Sequence record: SRR20825019_1458
Reading direction: 5' to 3' (one strand)
Length of the DNA: 64,000 nucleotides
Shown here: in pieces, positions 20,736 to 30,916 of the stretch
How the letters are laid out: the number at the start of each line of letters is the position of its first letter
Numbering within the stretch: position 1 is the first letter of the stretch
The notes under the pieces: model-generated
Database searches by the model: none
What the model was told of the DNA's origin: nothing
What the model saw: only the letters and a program-made list of their open reading frames with translations
Program-made: the position numbers and the translations under genes

Positions 20736-21596
20736 ATGTACCCCTTTTCTCGACTAGCGCTTGCCTTGCTGATGTCCGGGGCCTTTATTTTGATGCCTTA
20801 TGGACGCGCCGTGGTTGCAGCCAGCCAAACTCAAGACGCTTTCAGCTCGGTGAAAAACGAAGAAGTGATCGTCGCAACCGGCGTCATGAAATCCAGACGT
20901 ACCAGCATGCTTGGCCCGGTTGTGCCCGGTGTGCTAGAGCAAACCTTTGTGAAGGTAGGTGACATTGTTGCAAAGGGGCAACCCCTGTTCCGGATCAGGC
21001 CGGTCGATTATGAAATTGCAGTTCGAAAGGCAAAGGCCGCGCTGGACCTGGCGCGAGCCCGTGTCGAGTTGCAAAACAAGCGGTTTGATCGCGTATCTGA
21101 ACTATTCAAAGATAAAAACGTGAGTGAAAGTGCGCTCGAAGAAGCCAAGGCCAACCTAGATGTCGCGTTGGCCGAGCAAGCACTTGCTCAAACCGATCTG
21201 GATAACGCAGAGCAAATACTATCTGACACCATCATTCGCGCACCTTACGACGGCGTGATTACAAAAAAGGTGGCTGACGAAGGCGTTTTCAAGACAGTGC
21301 AGGCTTTCTCCGGTAACGGAGGCGTTGTAGAAATTCAGGAAGCCGGGATTATGGTTGCCATTTTGTTTGTCCCCGTCGGCCAGAGCGCGCGCCTTGAATT
21401 GGGGCAAAAAACTTTGCTTTCCATCGACGGTCTGGATCAGGGATTTACAGGTGAAATTGCTGTTATCAACCATCAGGCCCATGTGAACTCCAATATGCTT
21501 GAAGTTCGGGTGGCTGTCGTCAATGACGGTCTCGCCATTAAAGACAGTCAAACGGTGGTTGCGCGTATTTACGCAGCGGAACAGGTGAGCCAGTAA
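20736..21596 (+). CDS. RND efflux periplasmic adaptor (MFP)
   Basis: VKVGDIVAKGQPLF lipoyl-like motif, helical hairpin, IRAPYDGVI. Confidence 0.88.
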   Translation: MYPFSRLALALLMSGAFILMPYGRAVVAASQTQDAFSSVKNEEVIVATGVMKSRRTSMLGPVVPGVLEQTFVKVGDIVAKGQPLFRIRPVDYEIAVRKAKAALDLARARVELQNKRFDRVSELFKDKNVSESALEEAKANLDVALAEQALAQTDLDNAEQILSDTIIRAPYDGVITKKVADEGVFKTVQAFSGNGGVVEIQEAGIMVAILFVPVGQSARLELGQKTLLSIDGLDQGFTGEIAVINHQAHVNSNMLEVRVAVVNDGLAIKDSQTVVARIYAAEQVSQ

Positions 21597-24500
21597 TGAG
21601 CCTTTCTGACGTTTCAATTAAAAGGCCTGTGCTCGCCGTTATGCTGATCGGGGCGCTTGTTGTTTTGGGTTGGCTTTCCTTGCCCCGGCTTGGTGTCGAT
21701 CTGTTCCCGGATGTCGAGTTTCCATACATTTCTGTAACCACAACCCTTGAAGGAGCATCACCGGATACGATTGAGAGCGAAGTAACCGATGTCATCGAGG
21801 AATATGTTAGCACGATTTCAGGGCTGCGCCAGGTTCGTTCGACCAGTACGGAAGGAATTTCGCAGGTCGTGCTTGAGTTTGAACTTAATGAAGATATTGG
21901 TGAGAAATCGGAAGACGTAAGGGACAAAATCGCCCGTGCCGTTTCTGACTTACCGGCGGACGCAAACGCACCGATAGTAGAAAAAGTTGACCCCGATGCC
22001 GCCCCAATCATGACGTTAATTGTCTCTGGCAACACCGATGTCGGTGCGTTGACAACATACGTAGACGAAAAAATCGTTGCCGATCTGGAAAGGCTGCCCG
22101 GTGTTGGCTCCGCCAAAATTCTAGGAGGCCGCTTGCGGGAAATGCGAATTTGGCTTGATCTTTACCGCATGCGCGCCTTTGGTGTTACATCTTCCGACGT
22201 CAGAAATGCGCTCAAGCAGGAGCATGTAGAACTGCCCGGCGGCAGGCTGGAGGTCGGCGGAGGCGCGCGCGAATATATCGTAAAAACTGACGCAGAGGCC
22301 AGCACGACTAAAGAATTTGCTGACTTAGTTGTCTCTTTCCGTGCTGGCACGAGGCCGGTGAAGCTGGGGGACATAGCAACAATTGAAGATGGACTGGAAG
22401 ATGAAAGAAGTGTCGCATTTCTGGACGGTCGTCCGAGCATCGCCGTTGAACTACGCCGCCAATCCGGTAAAAACACGGTAGCTGTCGCCAACCTTGTCAA
22501 AGACTATGTCACTCAGAGTACTGAACGGCTCCCAGAAGGCATGTCAATCGAAGTTTCAAGAGACGTCTCCCGTTTTATCGAGTCCTCAATCGAAGATGTG
22601 CAAAAAGACTTGGTTATCGCCATCCTGCTAGTGGTGGCCGTTACTTTTTTCTTTGTGCTTAATCTAAAGGCAACGTTTATCGTAGCCATAGCCATTCCAA
22701 CATCGCTCATCGCGACATTCTTTGCGCTGTATGTCTCTGATTTCACACTGAATACCTTGACATTACTGGCTTTGACCGTTGCGATTGGCCTCTTGGTGGA
22801 TGACGCAATTGTTGTGGTCGAGTCTATTCAGAAGCAACTGGATAAGGGCGTGGAGCCGCACCAAGCTGCTTCGGGAGGCACCAGAAAAGTATGGCTTGCG
22901 GTTATGGCAGGTACTGCGGCGACGCTCGCTGTTTTTCTACCTATCGCCTTTATGTCAGGGATCGTAGGCCGGTTTTTCATGCAGTATGGGCTGGCGATTG
23001 TGTTTTCCGTTTCAGTTTCGCTCCTAGTTGCGCTTACCCTCACGCCCATGCTTGCGTCCCGGTTTATGGCGAAAGCTTCAGTTGACGGTGGCCTGTTGTA
23101 TCCTATCGAGCGGTTTCACGAATGGCTTGTCCGCAGTTATGCATCCTCTCTCAAAACCGCTATTCGCTTCCGCTATATTGTCATGGTTATTGCGTTTTTA
23201 TCGTTTGCTGGCGGTATATTGATCGCCAAGCAGATACCAACCGGATTCTCTCCGCTAGCCGACCGCTCCGAGTTCCTTGGGCAGGTTGAACTGCCTCTCG
23301 GCATTGGCATTGAAGAAGTAAAGCAAGCTGCAAGTACGCTTAATGAGGCTCTTCATACCATCGATGAAGTGAACTATGTTCTTGTTACCGCTGGCGGGGG
23401 TGCCTTACAAAAAATCAATCTTCTTGATTTCTATGTCGCGCTGACCCCCAAACAAAGCCGTGAACTTACCCAGCTTACCCTGATGTCCGATGCACGAAAG
23501 GCGATTGCGAACGCTATGCCGTCTGCCCTTAAAACGTCGGTGTCTGAGGTGCCGTGGGTTTCAGGGGGCGGAGTGTCGAGCAGCAAAATGGAATATGTTA
23601 TTCAGGGTCCTGACCTTGAGCAGACAAATACCTATGCGAATTCGCTGGTTGAGAAAATGAAATCCTCCCCCTTGTTTGCCGATGTGCGCACCAGTTATGA
23701 AGCTGGAAAACCTGAGTTGAAGCTGCGGCTTAACCGTCGTTTGTCGGGAGAACTGGGTATTAGCGCGCGCACAATTGCGCAAGATAGTCAGTTAATGATT
23801 GGTGGTGCGGATGTGGGTACGTTCGAAGCAGGAGGGCGCAGGTATGATGTGCGTGCCAGACTGCGCGCTGATCACCGCGACGAGCACGGCGACCTGCAAC
23901 TAATGCAGTTTCGCGGAGCTACAGGTGACTTGTTGGAAGCTGGCGTTTTGCTTGCCTTTGAAACGGGAACCGGCCCGTCGCAGATTGACCGCGTTGACCG
24001 CGGGCGCAAAATTTCCCTTTTCGCAAACCCCGCTGGCGGCGTTTCACTGGGCACGGCATCCGATGCCTTTGCACAGGTGATGCTGGAAACCCCCTTACCA
24101 GTTGGCATGACACTTATTGTTGAGGGAGAAGCCCGCCGCCTTGCAGAAACCGTCGAGGCCATCAGCTTTGCTTTCATTTTGGCGATCATCGCACTTTACA
24201 TGGTTCTTGCTGTCCAATTCGACAGCTTTGGTCAGCCTATTATCGTTATGCTCACGGCACCGTTGTGTTTTTCAGGCGCTTTTGCTGGTCTTTACCTGGC
24301 AGATTTGGAAATGTCACTTTTTTCCCAGATCGGCCTGATTGCCCTGATGGGGATTGTCATGAAAAACGGAATTCTTCTGGTGGATCGGGCAAACCAATTG
24401 CGTGCTGACGGCATGACACGACTTGAGGCCATCAGCCTTGCCGGACCGGAGCGACTAAGACCTGTATTGATGACGGCCCTGTCTGCGGTGTTTGGTATGA

Positions 24501-24688
24501 TACCAATTGCTTTCGCCACCTCGGACGGCGCCGAATGGCGCAACAGTATGGGCTTCATTATCATGGGCGGGCTGTCGTCCTCCACAATTCTCACCCTGTT
24601 CGTGATCCCTGCCGCATACGGAATCATCACCGATGCTGACAAGGCAGTAAGCAAAATACGTGCGTATTTCGCCGGAAAAAAAGCCTAG
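21596..24688 (+). CDS. RND efflux permease (AcrB/MdtB/MdtC family)
   Basis: 1030 aa; IKRPVLA, GLLVDDAIVVVE, KNGILLVD, RLRPVLMT. Confidence 0.93.
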   Translation: MSLSDVSIKRPVLAVMLIGALVVLGWLSLPRLGVDLFPDVEFPYISVTTTLEGASPDTIESEVTDVIEEYVSTISGLRQVRSTSTEGISQVVLEFELNEDIGEKSEDVRDKIARAVSDLPADANAPIVEKVDPDAAPIMTLIVSGNTDVGALTTYVDEKIVADLERLPGVGSAKILGGRLREMRIWLDLYRMRAFGVTSSDVRNALKQEHVELPGGRLEVGGGAREYIVKTDAEASTTKEFADLVVSFRAGTRPVKLGDIATIEDGLEDERSVAFLDGRPSIAVELRRQSGKNTVAVANLVKDYVTQSTERLPEGMSIEVSRDVSRFIESSIEDVQKDLVIAILLVVAVTFFFVLNLKATFIVAIAIPTSLIATFFALYVSDFTLNTLTLLALTVAIGLLVDDAIVVVESIQKQLDKGVEPHQAASGGTRKVWLAVMAGTAATLAVFLPIAFMSGIVGRFFMQYGLAIVFSVSVSLLVALTLTPMLASRFMAKASVDGGLLYPIERFHEWLVRSYASSLKTAIRFRYIVMVIAFLSFAGGILIAKQIPTGFSPLADRSEFLGQVELPLGIGIEEVKQAASTLNEALHTIDEVNYVLVTAGGGALQKINLLDFYVALTPKQSRELTQLTLMSDARKAIANAMPSALKTSVSEVPWVSGGGVSSSKMEYVIQGPDLEQTNTYANSLVEKMKSSPLFADVRTSYEAGKPELKLRLNRRLSGELGISARTIAQDSQLMIGGADVGTFEAGGRRYDVRARLRADHRDEHGDLQLMQFRGATGDLLEAGVLLAFETGTGPSQIDRVDRGRKISLFANPAGGVSLGTASDAFAQVMLETPLPVGMTLIVEGEARRLAETVEAISFAFILAIIALYMVLAVQFDSFGQPIIVMLTAPLCFSGAFAGLYLADLEMSLFSQIGLIALMGIVMKNGILLVDRANQLRADGMTRLEAISLAGPERLRPVLMTALSAVFGMIPIAFATSDGAEWRNSMGFIIMGGLSSSTILTLFVIPAAYGIITDADKAVSKIRAYFAGKKA

Positions 24689-24789
24689 CTTACAGGTGTC
24701 GGCATCTACCACATTCTTTGCATTCTCACCGATAGGGGACAAAGGACAAAGCCATGCCAAGCACAACTTCCTTGCCATCACGCGGGACG

Positions 24790-24900
24790 GCGCCGAACCT
24801 GTTCGATCCCGTTTTCCCGGCAACGCATGTCGAACATATGGGTCATGTATGCAGTGGTCGGGCCATCGGCATAGCGCGGCGGAAAGGTGAACTGGATGCC
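24790..24900 (-). pseudogene. IS481-family transposase fragment
   Basis: minus frame reads GIQFTFPPRYADGPTTAYMTHMFDMRCRENGIEQ, recognisable from memory as an alphaproteobacterial IS481 core segment. Confidence 0.65.
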
Positions 24901-25039
24901 GTAGCATATTCGAAATGAACGAATTTACCACCTGCTTCTGGAGGGAAGCCCGTAGGACTGAGCGCAGGAAACAGGTGGCCATGATCGGATTTCAAGCCTC
25001 TAAAATGAGTTTGACGACAACATTTTGGAGGAGCTGACC

Positions 25040-25165
25040 ATGGCCGTCACCCATCCTACAGTGCAAGATATTGTTAGTAGCGATTGATATCGCCAAGCAC
25101 CGGCAGGAAGTGCGGATCGCCATTCCGGGCAAGAAACGCCGCAAGCGAATGACGATCCTTAAAGC
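25040..25165 (+). pseudogene. IS110-family transposase N-terminal fragment
   Basis: LVAIDIAKHRQEVRIAIPGKKRRKRMTI resembles the IS110 DEDD N-terminus; RBS and ATG at 25040 are in a different frame. Confidence 0.55.
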
Positions 25166-25409
25166 CAGGGTTTGGTGTACGCCACATCCCGCTGCCGCCA
25201 AGCATGTGAGCCCTATGCGTTTCAAAATTCGCGCTCACAGCTTGAGTTGCGACGGCATTGGAGGTGGTCAAGATTGGAGGTGGTCAAGGGTGCCTATATG
25301 CCTGCGCCAAACGTCAGCACCATCATACTGGCGGCTTCTGCCAGGAAAAACCGCCGGAGCACTGACCATACAGCCGAAGAGAAGAGGGTGCCCGCCTTTA
25401 ACTTCTGTG

Positions 25410-25907
25410 TCATTCCGTAATTCCTTTGCGCTGAACGCGCTTGTGCAGTTTGTTCATTTCCATAAGTATGGCGGTACCATAATAGGAGCTAAATTCTGCC
25501 CGCAGGATACCCGCGCCGATGGCGGGGTCAGACTGAACTATCGCTTGTGCGTCGTCGAGGCTCTCAGCGTTCAGGATGAAGAGGCCGCGCGTGTCTCGGT
25601 CATCAGACAACGGACCTGCGAGGACGAGAGCATCCTGCTCTGCAAGACGTTCCATATTGCGAAAGTGTCCGGCAAACAGTTCCTTCCGGCGGAGCGGATC
25701 ATCGATGATGACAGGCCCAGTTTTTAATAGAACAAAAACATAGGACCTCATGCCATAGTCATCCGCCCCCAGGCGTTCGGCAAGGGTTGCATCATATAGC
25801 GTGACCGGTGGCCGCCGCGCCTTCGCCCCGTCTGGGGTTGAGCATGCACTGAGCACAGCAAGGGAGAAATACAAAACCGTAGGGCGCAAACCGAAAGATG
25901 GCGTCAT
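25410..25907 (-). CDS. YciI family protein with lipoprotein-like signal
   Basis: LSAC lipobox; LGADDYGMRSYVFVLLKTG, GHF.NM.RLA, LAGP, DPAI. Confidence 0.78.
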   Translation of the reverse strand: MTPSFGLRPTVLYFSLAVLSACSTPDGAKARRPPVTLYDATLAERLGADDYGMRSYVFVLLKTGPVIIDDPLRRKELFAGHFRNMERLAEQDALVLAGPLSDDRDTRGLFILNAESLDDAQAIVQSDPAIGAGILRAEFSSYYGTAILMEMNKLHKRVQRKGITE

Positions 25908-26455
25908 TTCACGCCCCTTTGATAGGCATCTTTCAGCCAGGCCTTCAGCTCTGAATCAACATCGGCCGTGCTCTGCAGCCGGACACGATGAGAGATCATC
26001 CCGCCCCAAGCTTCAAGTCGATCCGTCGGTGCGGTCCCTTTCAGGTTGATCCCAAGGTCCACCCGGGTCCTACTAGCGGGCTGTATCAGAGCGAACTGTT
26101 TGTTCCGGCGGATGCTGACAGATGTTTTTTTTGGAGCAATTTCGACATCCTTTCCGAGCGTTTTCACATAGGCTTCTAGCGTATCGTAGATGGGACGCAG
26201 CGCTTCCTTGCCTCCGGCATATTGTGCGCTGACAAGATCATCACTTGAGACTTCTGCGGCCCTCAAAGCGTGATGGGCGACGAGATTGGCAAACCCATGA
26301 GTCATGGCGTGGTCGGACTTCAACATCTTGACGATTTCGCCATGTTTGCTGAGATTGCTCGCTTTGGCGATTTCCAGCCAGGCTTCGAGAGACTTGCCCG
26401 TCTTTTCGGCCATATTAGCGATCATCGCGGCTGCTTGTTCTTCCGGTGTTGCCAT
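25904..26455 (-). CDS. DUF4287/DUF5655 domain protein
   Basis: KTGKSLEAW, KHGEIV..LKSDH.MTHGFAN; SIRRNKQFA, SHRVRL, WLKDAY. Confidence 0.78.
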   Translation of the reverse strand: MATPEEQAAAMIANMAEKTGKSLEAWLEIAKASNLSKHGEIVKMLKSDHAMTHGFANLVAHHALRAAEVSSDDLVSAQYAGGKEALRPIYDTLEAYVKTLGKDVEIAPKKTSVSIRRNKQFALIQPASRTRVDLGINLKGTAPTDRLEAWGGMISHRVRLQSTADVDSELKAWLKDAYQRGVK

Positions 26456-26473
26456 TTTTGTTTCCTCGAATTT

Positions 26474-27016
26474 TCATAGTTTCTCTATCCTGTCAAAGGG
26501 CCAGTTTTCAGACCGGCACACCTTTGGCGTGAACGGCGCCATCAGGCCGAAAAGCATGAGCATCAAGCTTCCCCCGATTCCGGGCCCGCCGTTTTCGATG
26601 ATCCTCCTCAGCGTATTGACAATATAGGGACCGCCCTGCGCCATAGACGCCTGGGTCTTCGAACCCGGCACAGCGCCAATGGTTGTAAGAGAAAACTCAA
26701 CGCCGTCTTCGGTCTCCTTCAGATCATAAATAACCGTCACTGGAGCGTCATCCAAGTTGGTAAACTTCAGCGTATGAGAATACCGGTGAGGCGGTGAGAA
26801 TTCGAGGACCTTGCCAACGACGCTGGTGAATTTGCCATCTTTTGTTTGCATGGCCATGGGTGCGCCCGGCGTCAGACCAGCCGGGGTGCGGCACACCGCT
26901 CCGAAAAAGAAAGGGAGAACGTCATCTGTCTTCACCAGTGCGTTCCAGACCGTCTCGATCGACGCCTTTATAGCGACTTTGTAGACGGCGGTTTCCTGAT
27001 CACTCGGGTCACTCAT
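26474..27016 (-). CDS. SRPBCC (AHSA1-like) domain protein
   Basis: IKASIETVWNAL, GKVLEFSPPHR; coupled to ArsR gene. Confidence 0.8.
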   Translation of the reverse strand: MSDPSDQETAVYKVAIKASIETVWNALVKTDDVLPFFFGAVCRTPAGLTPGAPMAMQTKDGKFTSVVGKVLEFSPPHRYSHTLKFTNLDDAPVTVIYDLKETEDGVEFSLTTIGAVPGSKTQASMAQGGPYIVNTLRRIIENGGPGIGGSLMLMLFGLMAPFTPKVCRSENWPFDRIEKL

Positions 27017-27362
27017 TGGTAGTCCTTCTTTTTTGTTTTTCGTCGGCTTCGGCCGCGTATTTCAAACCAGTTAACCGGCTCGCCCACATGACAGAGAACC
27101 CGTTCATCCAGCGATCCTGGATCATCTGAATTGGCACGACATTCAGATATAGGCGGCGCGTACGGCCGTCCTTTTTTGAGATCACGAGACCCGCCTGCGT
27201 AAGGACCTCGAGATGGTTCATCACGGCGATCCGGCTAACATCGAACAACCGGGCAAGCTCACCGACGCCCAGCCCAGGCCTGTCGCGCAAAGCATCCAGA
27301 ATTGTCCTTCGTGTTTCATGAGCCAAGGCACGGAACAGTATGTCCATTTCATTTTCAGTCAT
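27009..27362 (-). CDS. ArsR/SmtB family regulator
   Basis: LFRALAHETRR.IL, SRIAVMNHL.VL..AGLV, LYLNVVPIQ. Confidence 0.88.
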   Translation of the reverse strand: MTENEMDILFRALAHETRRTILDALRDRPGLGVGELARLFDVSRIAVMNHLEVLTQAGLVISKKDGRTRRLYLNVVPIQMIQDRWMNGFSVMWASRLTGLKYAAEADEKQKRRTTNE

Positions 27363-27363
27363 A

Positions 27364-27383
27364 ATGTAATTACTATATTACAT
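27364..27383. promoter_or_regulatory. probable ArsR operator
   Basis: ATGTAAT-N6-ATTACAT immediately upstream of the arsR start. Confidence 0.65.
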
Positions 27384-27532
27384 GTAGGATCATGTCAAGG
27401 ACAGCGATTGCCAATGCAGGGAGGCAACATTCAAAGCATCGGCGGGCATGCTCCTTGATGCATGCAAACACAGATCACAACGCTCAAATCTTTAACATAT
27501 GACTCTACGCTTGAACGCCTGAAGATTTGGAC

Positions 27533-28160
27533 TCAGGTCCACGTGCCGATTTTGGCCAGCGCATCACGCAATGTATCCCCGGCATAGCCGCCATCGGCAA
27601 AGACGTGTCGGAGCGCCACGGGGAACGATGGCGGACGGCCTTGAGCACATCGGGCGCCCGTCACGGTCCTGAATATCGGCTGTGTGGATCAGGGCGTGAA
27701 CCAGATTGCTCTCGGTATAGGTGAGGATGTGACGTTTCCGCCCCTTGATCTTCTTGCCCGCATCATAGCCCTGCGGGCCACCGCTCTCCGTGGTTTTGAC
27801 GCTCTGGCTATCGATCACCCCGGCATTGGGTGATTCTTCGCGGCCCACGGCTTCGCGCGCGGCCATGAGCAGAGAATGGTTAAACGATGGCCAAAGACCA
27901 TTGTCGCGCCAGAGATAGAACCGGCGCCGCACCGTCGAGACCGGCGGGAAGCAGGGCGGCAGCATGCGCCATGGCAGCCCGCCGCGCAGCAAATACAGGA
28001 TCGCTTCGACAATCCGGCGCATTGGCCACTTGCGCAGGCGCCCTACAGATGAAGGAGGTGGCAGGATCGGCTCCAGCAGTGCCCATTCGGCATCCGTCAA
28101 ATCGCTTGGCAGTCGCAGCCCGGATCGGGCATGCTGCGTCCGAGTGGTATCGGTCCACAT
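27533..28160 (-). pseudogene. IS5-family transposase, frameshifted and truncated
   Basis: PSDLTDAEW, WRMLP, IDSQSVKTTE, GYDAGKKIKGRKRH; RHVFADGGYAG continues in another frame and stops early. Confidence 0.85.
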
Positions 28161-28368
28161 CGTTGATCTCCTCTGGTTCTTCGCAAAACCCTTGAATCAA
28201 TGATTAGACGCGGCGTCAAGCTAACCCGCTGATACCACTCATTTTAATTTCGGGTCAGGCTCTGAGCGGCAAAAGGGGTCAGTTAATCTGATCCGGAAAT
28301 TCGACAAACGCGCGACTTTGTTTGCTCAGACTTTGTTTGCTCATAAGTGTAATTCGCCCCACAAAAGC

Positions 28369-29288
28369 TTACAATCGTCTCCGGCTTTGCTGTTTGAAGG
28401 GATCAGCCCCTTCAATATACCGCAAGGCTGAACTTACATCTTTCCAGCCTACATATTCCATGAGCGATTTCACGTCCCAGTCGTTTGAGTTGGCCCAGGA
28501 AGCGAACCCGCGCCGCAGGGAATGGCTGCTAAAGTGGCTCGACCGCTCAATTCCGGCCTGCTTAAGTTCAGCACGCAATAGCGGAATGACACTGTTCGCA
28601 TGCATCTCCTTCAACCGGAGATGACCCCAGCGGTCGATACCGCGGAACAATGGACCTTGCTGTATGCTGGCCGCCCTAACCCACGACTGGCATGCGGTGA
28701 CAGGGCAAAGACGGCTCAAGGCCGGACATCGATATTTTCGGCCCTGGTTGTTGCGGTCACTTTTAGACCGGGGCAGGAAGATCGTCATACCGTTGTTTGG
28801 ATCGATAACCATATTTTGAACCTCGACCCGACATAATTCGTCGCTGCGAAAGCACGCCAGAACCCAAGCAAGACAAGGGCCCGGTTGCGCTGTATCCGCA
28901 GGATCGCTGTCGGATCATTCAGTTGCTCAAGTCGGGTCGCCCAGTAGACGTCAAGGCTTTCCAAATGCATAATCTGCAGTGGGGTCGCCTGCTTTTCCTG
29001 GGCCGGATGGAGTTCCCGGATACCCTTCAACACCTTTTTAACAAGGGGTGCTTTGGTCGGGTCTGGAAATCCCTGCTCGATATGCCATTGGCCAAGCGCG
29101 GCCAGACGCAATTTTAGGGTGTTGACGGAAAACTGTCCGGCGCAGCAGGCCAAATATCGGGCGATGCTGTCAGCCGTTGCTGGCAGAAGGCCGCCCCAAG
29201 ACACTTCAAAATGCTCAACGGCGGCTTGGTAACTGCGACGCGTGTTTTGCCTCGTGGCGGCATTTACATACTGATCGACATTGCTCAT
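28369..29288 (-). pseudogene. tnpS: tyrosine recombinase, cointegrate resolution protein S-like, 1-bp frameshift
   Basis: NTRRSYQAAVEHF..WGGLLPAT, LLGFWRAF then (R)SDELCRV in the next frame near 28850, SKSDR, SSHSLRRGFA.WA, YVGWKD..SA.RY. Confidence 0.82.
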
Positions 29289-29466
29289 GAAGTATCCATT
29301 TTCACCAAAATTTTGTGATCGCTCCTATCGTACCGATTTTTGGGTACTTTTCAGCGAATTAGGCGATCATACGGGATAAGCCTTCATTATCAAATTTTAA
29401 AAATGAACTTATATTGCCCTTATAAAGCACAATTATAGTATGTATTTACATGGTACATAATATGGT
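29289..29466. promoter_or_regulatory. probable resolution site and divergent promoter region between tnpS and tnpT
   Basis: AT-rich spacer containing GATAA-N7-TTATC and TATGTA..TACATA inverted elements; position matches TnpS/TnpT-type systems. Confidence 0.5.
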
Positions 29467-30504
29467 ATGAAATTGGAAAACATAATGGCACGCAGTGGAA
29501 TCGACAAGCAAAGCGTCAAAAAGGCACGGCAGGTACTTTTGGCGCGCGGTGAAAACCCATCGATCGACGCTGTCCGTGTCGAGTTGGGCAATACAGGCTC
29601 CAAAACTACCATCCACCGTTATCTCCGGGAGTTGGAGGCCGAGGATGTAGCAAAGATCGACGCAAACGCCTTTCTGAATGATACGTTGTGCAACATGGTG
29701 GCCAAGCTTGCAGACCAGTTGCAAAAGGAGGCGCAGGCTGTCGTTGACAAGGCCAAAACGGATCATGCCGAACAGATCGCAGCATTGTTTCGTGAGATTG
29801 TCGACCGGGAAACCCAGCTTTCGGAACGCGATAAGCAGCTACAGGCACTTTCTACGAGCTATGCTGACGAAAAAGAGGAGCATGCCAATACCAACGCGGT
29901 TTTGGAGAGTGCCGTTGATGACAAAAGGGAACTGGAACTTCGCATAAGAGACCTGGAAGCGCGCTTGTCGGAAAAAACGTCGCAAATAGCCTCGCTGGAG
30001 GAAAAACACCAGCACGCCCGCGACAGCTTGGAGCATTACCGACAATCCGTAAAAGAGCAGCGAGACGCAGAGAATCGCCGATTTGAGCATCAGATGCAGC
30101 AACTTCATGTGGAAAAGCACGAGTTGACCCAAAAGCTTGGGGAAAAACAGGAAGATCTGTCCAAAATGGCAAGAGATAACAGTGCGCTAACGACCAGGCT
30201 GACTGATGCACGTACCGTTATGGAAAATTTGAAGATTGAAAATCAGGTACAAGCGTCAGAGTTGGCGAACCAATCTGAAGAGCTGAGGCGGTTCGGTGAC
30301 ATAGAGACGAAATATGCTACGCTCGAGGAAACACATGATGATCTCTTGAGCCGTTGCCAACTTCTCCGGGAGGATATCCAAGCCAAGGAAATCGAATTGG
30401 CCGGCCTCAGGGCGGAAGTGACAACCGTTACGAAACTTCTTGCTGTGTTCGAAAACCAACCCGCCGGACAAACGCCAACAAATACAAAAAAGGGGAGGCA
30501 GTGA
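29467..30504 (+). CDS. tnpT: cointegrate resolution protein T-like (KfrA-type N-terminal HTH plus coiled coil)
   Basis: LLARGENPSIDAVRVELGNTGSKTTIHRYL; SLEEKHQHARDSLEHYRQSVKEQR; divergent from tnpS. Confidence 0.82.
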   Translation: MKLENIMARSGIDKQSVKKARQVLLARGENPSIDAVRVELGNTGSKTTIHRYLRELEAEDVAKIDANAFLNDTLCNMVAKLADQLQKEAQAVVDKAKTDHAEQIAALFREIVDRETQLSERDKQLQALSTSYADEKEEHANTNAVLESAVDDKRELELRIRDLEARLSEKTSQIASLEEKHQHARDSLEHYRQSVKEQRDAENRRFEHQMQQLHVEKHELTQKLGEKQEDLSKMARDNSALTTRLTDARTVMENLKIENQVQASELANQSEELRRFGDIETKYATLEETHDDLLSRCQLLREDIQAKEIELAGLRAEVTTVTKLLAVFENQPAGQTPTNTKKGRQ

Positions 30505-30505
30505 A

Positions 30506-30732
30506 ATGAGCACGAAGTCAACGATATCTACCGGCGATGGCTATCATTTGTTCGAGGAAGTTACTTTGGAAGATGAACCGTTGACACATGTCCTGCTCGA
30601 AGTAGAGCCCCCAGCAAGTTTACTGTTGAAAAGCAGTTTCAGAACTTTGATGCCAATGTAACACTGGCTATCCCGGTTGCGGTTATGGACACAATCGCCC
30701 TGGCATGGATCAAAAAGAGAGGCTTGCTGTGA
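30506..30732 (+). pseudogene. small hypothetical gene, apparently frameshifted at a C-run
   Basis: RBS GGGGAGG; MSTKSTI..YHLFEE..VLLEVEPP; adding one C at about 30610 continues as SKFTVEK..MDTIALAWIKKRGLL*. Confidence 0.45.
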
Positions 30733-30878
30733 TCCTGCGCCTCAGGGAGTTTGTTTGCTGAAAACATTGCACATCATGCTGGTTTCTCCATATTTGTTCT
30801 CGGAGATATCGTTCTTCGCTGAGATCTGGCCACTAGGCTGACAAAGGTCGCGATTGCATTCGTACACTCTTTGTTCCA

Positions 30879-30916
30879 GAATATGGCCACTTTCGCAACT
30901 ACCCGGTCACTAGGCC
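30879..30916 (-). repeat. right inverted repeat of Tn3-family element
   Basis: reverse complement GGCCTAGTGACCGGGTAGTTGCGAAAGTGGCCATATTC, followed on + by ATGTG duplication. Confidence 0.9.

Larger units (their letters stand above)
15585..30916. mobile_element. Tn3-family transposon, 15,332 bp, TnpA plus TnpS/TnpT-type resolution module
   Basis: 38-bp terminal IRs (32/38 identical), 5-bp target duplication ATGTG at 15580-15584 and 30917-30921, removal restores one in-frame gene. Confidence 0.93.

Noticed and set aside
25166-25727. 218-aa plus-strand ORF 25071-25727 as a full gene
   Set aside because: Only the first 30 or so codons look like IS110; the rest is largely antisense to the YciI gene
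30871-30916. Start of the 252-aa ORF as an independent gene
   Set aside because: These codons lie inside the transposon end; the rest is the 3' half of the interrupted oxidoreductase
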